From IMG/VR virus record IMGVR_UViG_3300022916_000008, positions 26,857-90,856 of that record: a DNA stretch of 64,000 nucleotides; one strand, given 5' to 3'. Below the pieces are notes generated by a model, which was not told the origin of the DNA, ran no database searches, and saw only the letters and a program-made list of their open reading frames with translations. Source of the stretch: a virus. Positions 8,568 to 17,410 of this stretch are shown here, one piece after another. Made by a program: the position numbers and the translations under genes. Every line of letters starts with the position of its first letter. The stretch's first letter is position 1.

Positions 8568-8574
8568 AGAATGG

Positions 8575-8781
8575 TCAGGATATCTTGAAAGAGATTAGTC
8601 CTGATATGTGTTCCTGTCAGTTTTTCCATTCAGTCTTTACTGGCAGGACACTTTTTATCATAAAGACTAAAGACATACTCTCATGTAGTCGATTACCCGA
8701 ATCATTAAGACCTTGAGAGTACTTACGGCTTCTAAGATATGGTTTAAAAACAAATCGCTTTTGTTCGCTATGTCTTGGAAG
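8575..8781 (+). ncRNA. Putative pseudoknotted ncRNA
   Basis: TCAGGA/TCCTGA with ATCTT-GAAA-GAGAT; TCCTGTCAGT/ACTGGCAGGA whose loop pairs with AAAGACT and GGAAG; AAGACATA/TATGTCTT; CTCTCA/TGAGAG. Confidence 0.65.
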
Positions 8782-8819
8782 CTTTTTATAATCACAATTA
8801 ATACTGTAAATTAAAGACA

Positions 8820-11081
8820 ATGGAAATAACTAAGAAAGAAATCATGACAAATAAATTATTAGAAAAAGCAAGAAATGATTATCCCACAGGTACAGAGTAT
8901 TATCCTGCTCATTTAAGCGGAGAAGAACATACTTTGTGTACTGTAGGTAATCCAAACACATTTCATGTCGATAGCTCAGGAGATGTTTTAGAAAGCCATG
9001 GTGATAAACCCAAGAATGGTCATCTCCTTTCTGAAATTATTTATCATAATGACATAAAGAAATGGGCTGAGATTAAATCAAAGCCAAATGATAAGGACTG
9101 GTGGAAGACTGTTGCAGTAGGAGACATCATTGCATGTACTGAAACAAAAGGCCGAGGTGGTTTAGGTTTCGAGCCAAATGAAGTGTTTAGAGTAAGGGGG
9201 ATTGATAAGATGCCTATCCATGCCATATTCTTTAAGGTTCAAGAAAACAATGTAAAGCCTGATGGAGTATACCAAGATGAGATACGCAAAGCAACACAAG
9301 AAGAGATCAATGCATATAAAGCAAAATTGGGCGGTGTGAAGCCATTATCTCCTTCAAAGGGTGCAAACACTCCAGGATTTGATAAACTCGTCTTAGAAGC
9401 GAGGAAAAGGTATCCTGTTGGAACAAGGTATGTATGTCTTCATGATTGTGGAGAAGGGAAGATTGAAACAGAAGATGATTTCCTTTTAAGAAAAAATGAA
9501 GACTGTATAAGGACGAATAAGGGCACTCGTTGTTGCTGGAATGGTACAGATTGGGCTGTTATAACAACTCTTCCAGACGGAGTAATGGCAAGGGCTATCA
9601 AGCAATATTCCATTGGTACTGTCATAAATGATCCAGGTCCAAATAAGATAAGAAGAGCAAAAGTAGTACGTACTCCTAAACAACTACCAGATGGAAATGT
9701 TGCAGGAGGTAGTGGATATATATATCACGAAGGAGTTTGGGCAGAGATCGTTAAAGACGACAACCTTACTATCAATGATTTAGTAAAAGGAGAGATATAC
9801 TATCATTATTGTGAAAACTACAAGTATATTATTAAGTTTGATAAATTGGATGGTAAGCAAATCATTGGGAAGTGTTCTATCTCTCTTAATAGTAATAAAT
9901 TTGATCCCGGTACTTATCGTAATACTGGTGTTAAAGAATTACGTGTTGCTACTACAGATGAAAAGAGGTGGTTGAACGCATGTATAGACAAGGGTAGTTT
10001 TGTAAGCATGGAAGACGCACTTAAAACAAAACCAATGAAATACAAGTTAGGACCCATAAGGTTTAAAGAAGGTGTTAGTAAAGGATGTACGCCTGAATAT
10101 GAAACAGAATATGGAGGCGATATCCCAAGAGATAAGATTGTTCATGGTACTACCGAGTTACATGATGAGTATACTGCAGAGATTGTGGACTATCATAATG
10201 AGTATTACATTGTCAGATTTCTTGATAGCAATAGCCATTACACTCAACTTGGATTCTTAGAAGATGCGTTAGAACCTGTTGGAGTAGAAGATGTCATTAA
10301 AGTAGGTGACTATGCTATTATGACTAAAGCAGGTGGTTGGGGTTATGACGAAAGAAACAATGGTTGTCTTGCCAAGGTCACTGAAGTAAGTACAAAATAC
10401 GTTGATGGTAAAAACAGGTGTTCAATTAATGGAGAAGTAATCAATCCAAGAATCAAACAATGTTTAAAGTTTTCAATTGTTCCGCAGAATACTGATGATA
10501 TAGGCGAGGTATGGCGTAAGGCAACACAGGCTGAAATAGATGCTGTAGTCAATGATGTTTCCACATTAAAGAAGAAAGAGGAATATTTTATTGGTAGCTA
10601 TATTGTCTGGATAAAGAAGCCAAGCGGAAATGCTGAGGTAGGAGATATAGATAAAATAATATCACAAGAAGATCGCTTTCTTCATCTTAAAAAATATGGT
10701 TCATGTTGTAAAAGTAGAATCCGAGATAAGGAAGTAAAATGGTTTGCTACACTTGAAGAAGCACAACTCTATACTTTAAGGATAGCCAAGGATAAAGAAT
10801 TCGTAGTTGGCGATTGGATCACACTGGATGGTTGGAAACGTGCTTATCGTATAAAGAAGGTGCTTGTTCATGATTATGTCCTTGATTGTGAGGAAGGGGA
10901 TGATATTGGAACTTATCTTAAAAAGAATGGGTTTAGATATGCTACCAGAAATGAAATAGAAGGTAAGTTTGTACCTCGGGATGAAATAACTTCAGCTAAA
11001 ACAAACATTAAGAGTACTGGTCCAGACTTCTCATTGAAAGAGGAGCCAGAAATAACAAAAGGAATCGATTTAATTAATTAA
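8820..11081 (+). CDS. 753-aa modular protein of tandem small beta-barrel-like domains
   Basis: Three 'A...Y..GT....WA.I' modules and five 'G[DES]...AT..E' modules. Confidence 0.85.
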   Translation: MEITKKEIMTNKLLEKARNDYPTGTEYYPAHLSGEEHTLCTVGNPNTFHVDSSGDVLESHGDKPKNGHLLSEIIYHNDIKKWAEIKSKPNDKDWWKTVAVGDIIACTETKGRGGLGFEPNEVFRVRGIDKMPIHAIFFKVQENNVKPDGVYQDEIRKATQEEINAYKAKLGGVKPLSPSKGANTPGFDKLVLEARKRYPVGTRYVCLHDCGEGKIETEDDFLLRKNEDCIRTNKGTRCCWNGTDWAVITTLPDGVMARAIKQYSIGTVINDPGPNKIRRAKVVRTPKQLPDGNVAGGSGYIYHEGVWAEIVKDDNLTINDLVKGEIYYHYCENYKYIIKFDKLDGKQIIGKCSISLNSNKFDPGTYRNTGVKELRVATTDEKRWLNACIDKGSFVSMEDALKTKPMKYKLGPIRFKEGVSKGCTPEYETEYGGDIPRDKIVHGTTELHDEYTAEIVDYHNEYYIVRFLDSNSHYTQLGFLEDALEPVGVEDVIKVGDYAIMTKAGGWGYDERNNGCLAKVTEVSTKYVDGKNRCSINGEVINPRIKQCLKFSIVPQNTDDIGEVWRKATQAEIDAVVNDVSTLKKKEEYFIGSYIVWIKKPSGNAEVGDIDKIISQEDRFLHLKKYGSCCKSRIRDKEVKWFATLEEAQLYTLRIAKDKEFVVGDWITLDGWKRAYRIKKVLVHDYVLDCEEGDDIGTYLKKNGFRYATRNEIEGKFVPRDEITSAKTNIKSTGPDFSLKEEPEITKGIDLIN

Positions 11082-11099
11082 ATAAACAATTTTATTATT

Positions 11100-11543
11100 A
11101 TGAGTACAGAAGTAAGTAAAGACAGAATGTCTTGGATCAAAGCTGTAGCAGCTTTATTCGAAATTAGTAAGCAAGGATTAGCAAAGAAGTTTCAAGCTGA
11201 TCTTAAAAAGACTTGGGAAAAGAATTTGAAAACAAGGAAGAAAGAACTTGTGCAGATGAATGACCAGAAGGCTGATGAGCTGGAGGACATGAACACTCAG
11301 CTTGAAGAACTTATGGAGCAAAGAGACAATAAGTTTATTGCTGTAGATGTAGATCGCATCGGAAGTTTGGAAGAGAGAAAGGCGTATATCATAGACTTTA
11401 ACCGGGCTATTGATAGAGCAATGGATGCCGTTGTAGCACAAGAAGAGGCTATTGAAGAGTATCTGTCAAACATGGATACTCGTATCAAAGACAAGCAACG
11501 TGAGATTGATCATTTCACAAATAAGCTTGAGATGATTAAGTAA
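11100..11543 (+). CDS. Coiled-coil protein
   Basis: Heptad, charged helical composition. Confidence 0.8.
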   Translation: MSTEVSKDRMSWIKAVAALFEISKQGLAKKFQADLKKTWEKNLKTRKKELVQMNDQKADELEDMNTQLEELMEQRDNKFIAVDVDRIGSLEERKAYIIDFNRAIDRAMDAVVAQEEAIEEYLSNMDTRIKDKQREIDHFTNKLEMIK

Positions 11544-11552
11544 TGTATTGGG

Positions 11553-11611
11553 AGATGTGTAGCTCAGTTGGTAGAGCTTTTAGGTCGTGGGTTCAAGTCC
11601 CACCACATCTA
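11553..11611 (+). ncRNA. tRNA-like RNA 3: tRNA with precisely deleted anticodon arm (59 nt)
   Basis: AGATGTG-TA-GCTC-AGTTGGTA-GAGC-TTTT-AGGTC-GTGGG-TTCAAGT-CCCAC-CACATCT-A; all stems pair perfectly. Confidence 0.88.
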
Positions 11612-11629
11612 CAAATTAAATAAAAGACG

Positions 11630-12268
11630 ATGAATAAAGTAAAAACGTATCTACAAGGAGTAAATCAAAAGACCCTTGTAAAAGTAGACCTACATCCTGG
11701 GTATCTTCCGATATACTCACCAGATCGTAGAGTAGAGCTTCCAGAAGGAGCATTTGTTGAAATGATTAGGCTATACAAGCGTGGCGCAAATGATGATAAG
11801 TTTCATATTGTCATTAGCTTTCCTTGGGACACTAAACTCCAAAGGACTTGTCAATACATCATAAGACCTACTAAGTACAAGCCAGTAACAATACCATTGG
11901 TTGTAAAAGAATTGGAAGCTGTATTTAATTTCGAACACAAAACTGTTACAGGAGACAGGGTAGAAGTATATCCTGAGTTCATTAAAAAGGTATTGACACA
12001 AGAAGAATTAAAGTATGCCTTCAAGAAGCGTGTACATGATGATGTCAATCCCAAGTTAATCAAATGGTGGACTATGTGGAAAGCATTATTTACATCCTAT
12101 GAAGTACATCAGGTATATCAAAGAACTACTTATTACATTCAGGCTTATGGAACCAATCCTGTAGCTGCTGTACCGGAGTATCCTGTATATGTCAATACAG
12201 ATGTGTCAGAACCCAAAGAGGTTACTAAAATAGAAATTAGAAAGAGAGTACGAGTATTTGGAATATAA
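11630..12268 (+). CDS. Hypothetical protein
   Basis: 212-aa ORF in operon. Confidence 0.75.
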   Translation: MNKVKTYLQGVNQKTLVKVDLHPGYLPIYSPDRRVELPEGAFVEMIRLYKRGANDDKFHIVISFPWDTKLQRTCQYIIRPTKYKPVTIPLVVKELEAVFNFEHKTVTGDRVEVYPEFIKKVLTQEELKYAFKKRVHDDVNPKLIKWWTMWKALFTSYEVHQVYQRTTYYIQAYGTNPVAAVPEYPVYVNTDVSEPKEVTKIEIRKRVRVFGI

Positions 12269-12285
12269 CCCAATAAAAAAGAAAA

Positions 12286-12654
12286 ATGAAGACTATTGAG
12301 AAGATGAATGCATTAGACCTACAATTAATACTGGACTATTGCAAAGCCTATCCGTTTGATGTAACATTTCAAACAGAAAATGACCAAGTATTATTACATG
12401 ATGGTAACAAGGTATTTAATGTTATCAAGTGTGACAATGGATTGTTAGTTGGTACAGAATTGTGTAAGGGAAGACATAAGAAGTCAATTCAGATTAATAG
12501 TGCTGTTATAATAAGCAATGCTGTTGATGCCATGATACAAGGAGAAACATGCCTTCCTGTTGTGGCAATTGCAAAGAATGGTGTTCCAATGTCATTGCTA
12601 ACATATGATGACTATGTGAACGATGAAGAATTGATTAAAAATGGTAGCTCATAG
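12286..12654 (+). CDS. Hypothetical protein
   Basis: ORF overlapping the primase start. Confidence 0.7.
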   Translation: MKTIEKMNALDLQLILDYCKAYPFDVTFQTENDQVLLHDGNKVFNVIKCDNGLLVGTELCKGRHKKSIQINSAVIISNAVDAMIQGETCLPVVAIAKNGVPMSLLTYDDYVNDEELIKNGSS

Positions 12655-13480
12655 GCTAGAAAGAAGTCCTGCCCATAAGGGCAACTGTCCTCACTGTAGT
12701 AGAAATAAAGTATGGAGATACTTTGAAGGCTTCCATGGAGATGAGAGATTTGGAAGGTGTGAGAGGATCAATAGTTGTCCTTCTGGTGGGAATGTATACT
12801 ATCCCGATAGAACGTCCAAGAGAACCTACTTAAAAGAGGTTATAGAGGTAAGGAATAAACAGGCATTCATCCCACAAATGTATTATAGGAATATTATGCT
12901 TGACATGAGTTCTAACTTTCATGTGTTTTGTCGTAAGCTAGGTATACCCAATGAACATTTAATCAAATGGGGAGTAGGTACTGACAAAGAAAGGACTGTA
13001 TTCTTTTTTATCAATCACAAGAAAGAGATTGTGAATAAGAAGGTGGGTAAGTATCATAAAGATGGGAAGAGAGATAAGGAGTTTGGGTTTTACAGCATGA
13101 AGCAACCAGCTAAAGAGTACAAGTATCAATTATGCTTGTTTGGAGAGCATTTAATCAATGGATTGGATATAGCTATAGTTGAATCAGAGAAGACGGCTGT
13201 ACTTGCCTCTTGGGTGTACCCTAACTACTCTTGGGTAGCATGTTCAAGTGCTAATGGATTAAGTGATGGAAGTAATGGTTCTGCTGATAGGATAAGCATA
13301 CTTAAAGACCGAAAGGTTATATGGGTGTGTGATGCCGATAAAGCAGGAAGAAGTAATAGTAGTATTAACAACCTTGTCAGATACAACATCAATCATGTTA
13401 TTATGGACTTCTTTATTATGCGTACAGATGGCTATGATATAGGCGATAGTATTGTTGATGGCATAAAAGATTTATTATGA
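12641..13480 (+). CDS. Zn-ribbon + TOPRIM primase-like protein (DUF6371-like)
   Basis: CPHC...CERINSC zinc ribbon; 'LCLFGEHL', 'IAIVESEKTA', DAD motif, 'GYDIGD'. Confidence 0.8.
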   Translation: MVAHRLERSPAHKGNCPHCSRNKVWRYFEGFHGDERFGRCERINSCPSGGNVYYPDRTSKRTYLKEVIEVRNKQAFIPQMYYRNIMLDMSSNFHVFCRKLGIPNEHLIKWGVGTDKERTVFFFINHKKEIVNKKVGKYHKDGKRDKEFGFYSMKQPAKEYKYQLCLFGEHLINGLDIAIVESEKTAVLASWVYPNYSWVACSSANGLSDGSNGSADRISILKDRKVIWVCDADKAGRSNSSINNLVRYNINHVIMDFFIMRTDGYDIGDSIVDGIKDLL

Positions 13481-13767
13481 CCAAAGAAGAAAATCAATTG
13501 ATAAAGAAAGCAGAAGCTATTAAGTCTGTTGAATGTATAGACTGTGAATGCTTAGACCAAGACAAGGATGGATTAAAGTGCTGGAACTTTAACAATGGCA
13601 GAGAAGGGAAATTGTTTAGGATAAGATACATGAGTTATTCTTGTATAAAAAAGATGCAAGTTGATATGATTAAGACAGTTAATACCCAAGATAAGCTTAA
13701 CTTAGCCCATAAGATAATTCGCTTTGGCAATTCAATAAAAGGACGTGAACTAATAAACAAAGACTAA
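13477..13767 (+). CDS. Hypothetical protein (Cys motifs)
   Basis: Coupled ORF; CxxC. Confidence 0.65.
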   Translation: MTKEENQLIKKAEAIKSVECIDCECLDQDKDGLKCWNFNNGREGKLFRIRYMSYSCIKKMQVDMIKTVNTQDKLNLAHKIIRFGNSIKGRELINKD

Positions 13768-14084
13768 TGAGTGGAGTAAAAAGTAATGAACAGATAATCC
13801 ATATCAATGACAATTATGTTATTGGTATGTTTGATGAATACAACTTCGCATTAAAGAAGAAGCGTGTTGTACAAAGTGGAAATAATACTGGAGACATTAA
13901 GTGGGATGTCAAAGCATGGTGTGGTTCCTTCAAGCAAGTAATGGATCATGCGGAAAGAAACAATATCATTGACACTGTTGGGGATGCTACGGAAATAATG
14001 AAAACAGTAACAGATCTACACAAAGAAGTGGAAAGAATTGGGGAAGAAATTAAACAACTAATAAAAGACAAAAATGAAAGGTAA
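13767..14084 (+). CDS. Hypothetical protein
   Basis: TAATG-coupled ORF. Confidence 0.7.
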   Translation: MSGVKSNEQIIHINDNYVIGMFDEYNFALKKKRVVQSGNNTGDIKWDVKAWCGSFKQVMDHAERNNIIDTVGDATEIMKTVTDLHKEVERIGEEIKQLIKDKNER

Positions 14085-14664
14085 ACTAAGATCAGTTGTG
14101 CCACTGATGAGAAATGACGCACACAACACATGGACATCAAGCCGTGGAGATTTAATGTATGATTTCAGCCTAGAAGTTGAAGTAGACGACAAGGTGCTTA
14201 CAGGATCGGCAAGTGCAAAAAGAGATGTGTTTAGATTCAAAGCTGGTGATCAAATAGTATTTGAATACAAAGAGAATGATAATCCCGCATATCCTGCTAA
14301 GTTCAGTAAGGTGGCTGACCCTAACTATCAAGCAAGTGGTGGAGGTACTGGTGGTGCTCGTAAGGGAGAAGACTTTTATGTTAAGATGAAGGTTGGTATG
14401 TGTAAGAGTACAGGCAGTAAGCTTGCAGTTAATGCAGCTATTAATCTTAAGAAAGAAGTGTCATTGGATAACCTCTATGCTCTTACTAAGTTATTTCAAG
14501 GCTGGTTGCTTACTAATCCTACTAATCAAGAGGATATGTCCAAGCGTATGAGTGCTTTGTCAAGAGCAGTAGAATGTATTGTATTTGATAACCTCAACAT
14601 TGCAGACAGTAAGGCAATCTTAACTTGTGCTGATTTGTGGTTGGCTAATGTAAGCTTTGAATAA
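14074..14664 (+). CDS. Putative ssDNA-binding / annealing protein
   Basis: N-terminal OB-like beta domain, Gly-rich linker; adjacent to an exonuclease. Confidence 0.5.
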   Translation: MKGKLRSVVPLMRNDAHNTWTSSRGDLMYDFSLEVEVDDKVLTGSASAKRDVFRFKAGDQIVFEYKENDNPAYPAKFSKVADPNYQASGGGTGGARKGEDFYVKMKVGMCKSTGSKLAVNAAINLKKEVSLDNLYALTKLFQGWLLTNPTNQEDMSKRMSALSRAVECIVFDNLNIADSKAILTCADLWLANVSFE

Positions 14665-15494
14665 TGAAGAGCTTAGTCGACAAAGAAGGTAATGTCCATT
14701 TAGGATCAAGCCTTATTAAACAAATATATTACAAGGGAGAAGAAAGAATCCATTGTCCGAGAAAGATCTATATCAGCTATGTAGCCAAGTCTCATAAGTC
14801 ACCATCAAGTATATATATGCTTAGAGGGCTATACTTTGAATACAAGTGCTTAGGGGCTATGAGTTCTCATCAAGAAGATGTCCCTGATTGGTCATCATTG
14901 TTCTATGCAAGAGATCAGGAGAAGCCATTAGCAGAAACAGATCGTGTATTAAGGCAAGTCGATAATTTCAGAGAAAGAATCATTCCTCCTTATGGGTTAG
15001 AAGTTGATGAAGTAAGGGTTCAGGTAAAAGGAGAAAAGCTTTTAGAAGATCACAAGATAATATTAGAGGGAGAAGCTGATCTTATTAGTCCGGTATCTTT
15101 TACTGCACAGAACAAGGAGTATGTCTTTGATGATTGCATTATTGATCTTAAGCTTACCGGAGACCTTGGTAATGATTTTGGGGAATTCAGTTGGGCAAAG
15201 GCTCAGGATATGGATCACATACAAGCATATATCTATGGAGCTATATGGGAACTACCATTCATGTACTTTGTGTTTGACTATAAGAAGAACCCAGAGTTCC
15301 TTCCCATACTTAAGACCATGAAGGGTGTAGAGGCTATGGAGTACATGCAGACTGTTCTCAATGCAAAGGAAAAGATTCTTGAGTACGAAGAAAAGAAGTG
15401 GCCAGCAGTGTCTTCATACAAGCTATGTAAGAACTGTATGCTGCAAGATGTATGTGATAAGTTTATCAATAAGCCTGATGCTGTAATCATATGA
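14664..15494 (+). CDS. Cas4-like PD-(D/E)XK exonuclease
   Basis: HCPRK (N-terminal Cys), GEAD...IIDLK, QAYIY, and C-terminal CxxC-x5-C. Confidence 0.82.
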   Translation: MKSLVDKEGNVHLGSSLIKQIYYKGEERIHCPRKIYISYVAKSHKSPSSIYMLRGLYFEYKCLGAMSSHQEDVPDWSSLFYARDQEKPLAETDRVLRQVDNFRERIIPPYGLEVDEVRVQVKGEKLLEDHKIILEGEADLISPVSFTAQNKEYVFDDCIIDLKLTGDLGNDFGEFSWAKAQDMDHIQAYIYGAIWELPFMYFVFDYKKNPEFLPILKTMKGVEAMEYMQTVLNAKEKILEYEEKKWPAVSSYKLCKNCMLQDVCDKFINKPDAVII

Positions 15495-15932
15495 AACACA
15501 AAGTAATTGACTAGCGATACTTTGAGCAAACTTCGGATAACATATAACGGTGACTACACTCCAATTAATGAAATTTTAGTTGGAGAGGTAGTTACTGCTA
15601 TGTCCCGGAGATTCTTTAAGGTGTTAAAAATACATAAGAAGGAAAGATATCACACGCTTGAGAATTTAATTACAAAGCGAATTGTGAAAGTGGGTTGGGG
15701 CACATCAGAGTTCATTGTCCTATCAAAGTTATCCGAAGAAAAAAGGGATAAGTATCGACAGATATATAAGCAAGAACTAAAACTAAAGTAATGGAAAACT
15801 TATGGAAGATCCTTATGATCTCCATTGTTGTAGGAGTAATACTCTATCAGCTATGGAAGCGTATGTGTAAAGAAAAGCAATACACAAGAGATTTTGATAA
15901 CAATCTTAAAAAACAAATCAAAGACAGACAGA

Positions 15933-16379
15933 ATGAAAGAATACAAAAGTAATATCACTACATACAGACTTGTTAAAGAGCCTTGTGAGATTAAAAAGGT
16001 TAAGATAACTAAGTCCGCAGAAATTGCTGAATACTGCCGAGCTTTTTGGCATGACGACATAGGTATATACGAGAGTTTCTTTCTATTGCTAATGAACCGG
16101 GCAAACAATACCACTGGTTATGTTAAGATAAGCCAAGGTGGTGTCTCTGGAACAGTTGCAGACCTAAAGATAATCATGAAGTATGCAATTGAAGGACTAG
16201 CAGCAGCAGTAGCAGTCGTTCATAATCACCCATCTGGAAACATGAAGCCAAGTCAAGCAGATATTGAGTTGACAAAAAAGATCAATGATTCATGTAAACT
16301 AATGGATATAGCATTGCTAGATCATTTGGTTATTACCGAAGAAAGTTATTTCAGTTTCGCTGATGAAGGTCTTTTATAA
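15933..16379 (+). CDS. radC: RadC / JAB-domain protein
   Basis: E..F..L.NRAN, HNHPSG..PS.AD, LLDH. Confidence 0.92.
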   Translation: MKEYKSNITTYRLVKEPCEIKKVKITKSAEIAEYCRAFWHDDIGIYESFFLLLMNRANNTTGYVKISQGGVSGTVADLKIIMKYAIEGLAAAVAVVHNHPSGNMKPSQADIELTKKINDSCKLMDIALLDHLVITEESYFSFADEGLL

Positions 16380-16394
16380 GGTTTTCTTTAATTG

Positions 16395-16450
16395 GCTATA
16401 ACGGTTTGTGTATGGCATCGTTTTAATGTGCTATACACGTTGTTAGGTGC
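16395..16450 (+). repeat. attC-like site 1
   Basis: GCTATAAC ... GTGTATGGCA/TGCTATACAC ... GTTAGGTGC. Confidence 0.65.
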
Positions 16451-16480
16451 TTTTTAAAATAAATATTTAAAGATAAAACT

Positions 16481-16618
16481 ATGTTAAAAAACGAATGGTG
16501 GACAAAGCCAAACCCAGAAGGAATAAGCAATAAAGATGTACTACAAGTGTTTTGTGCTTGGTTAATGATACAAAGCGTGTGTATAGGTAGTTACCTATTT
16601 ATTTTATATTGCACCTAA
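16481..16618 (+). CDS. 45-aa cassette ORF with C-terminal hydrophobic helix
   Basis: MLKNEWW...LFILYCT; its stop codon lies inside the inverse core of site 2. Confidence 0.55.
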   Translation: MLKNEWWTKPNPEGISNKDVLQVFCAWLMIQSVCIGSYLFILYCT

Positions 16619-16703
16619 TGTGATCTTGTATAAATTGAGTGTGGCATTTTCGCCACACGGTAGATTTTGGATGCCACATTCAGTTTATACATTGTTAAGA
16701 TTA
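16611..16703 (+). repeat. attC-like site 2
   Basis: GCACCTAAT ... 21-bp inverted repeat (16627-47 / 16671-91) ... GTTAAGATTA. Confidence 0.65.
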
Positions 16704-16815
16704 GTTACACAAGGGAATGATAAATATTTTAATAAATAGCGAGACTGATCGATGTGGTATTCATACAAGATCACATTAAGGTTAATTAAGTTTAAAAGGA
16801 ATTAAAAAAGAAAAC

Positions 16816-17022
16816 ATGAAGATAATAAACGGAGTAATATTAGTGCAACTTGATGATCGTGATGGAGTTTTTCAAATAGATATGAAAGAAGAAAGGTTTA
16901 AATTAGCATTAAGGTTAATTCAAGAAAAAATATATAAGTTTGAACCTATGCCAATATTTGATAAACCCATTGAAGAAGTACAGTTTGTTTTTAATGATTT
17001 AAACGACCCGAAGGGTAATTAA
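16816..17022 (+). CDS. 68-aa cassette ORF
   Basis: Stop codon overlaps the start of site 3. Confidence 0.6.
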   Translation: MKIINGVILVQLDDRDGVFQIDMKEERFKLALRLIQEKIYKFEPMPIFDKPIEEVQFVFNDLNDPKGN

Positions 17023-17076
17023 CCTTAACTCTAAGCTATGATTCGTTTTTAATGAATTATAGCGACAGTTATGGGC
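17020..17076 (+). repeat. attC-like site 3
   Basis: TAACCTTAAC ... GCTATGATTC/GAATTATAGC ... GTTATGGGC; loop TCGTTTT(T)AATG is shared with site 1. Confidence 0.65.
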
Positions 17077-17410
17077 AGTTTTAATTATCAAACTAATGAA
17101 AAAGAAACAAGAATTAATAAAGAAGACACGTCCTTGGCATAAAGAAAGGTGTGTATGTGGACATATGATTTATTGGAGTAGAACAAAAGGTGAGTATAGA
17201 TGCCATTGTTCTAATCCTAAACCCTTTAATAAACAACATGATGGAAGGACAATATACAAATGAGGAAATGTTGGCTATGTCTAATATTATTACTTCCGTT
17301 GCTATGATGAACAGAGGACTTATAATTCGTAAAGTTGGAAGAACTGTAAACTATTACAGCAAATGTTCTGATGACAGTTGGTTGAACTATGATTGTAAAA
17401 CAACAAGCTA

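Noticed and set aside
12668-12680. CTGCCCATAA complementary to the core of attC-like site 3
   Set aside because: It lies upstream inside the primase gene, the wrong side for a cassette end; likely chance.
14664-17100. CRISPR mini-array near the Cas4-like gene
   Set aside because: The nearby palindromes are non-identical and separated by whole ORFs; there is no repeat-spacer periodicity.
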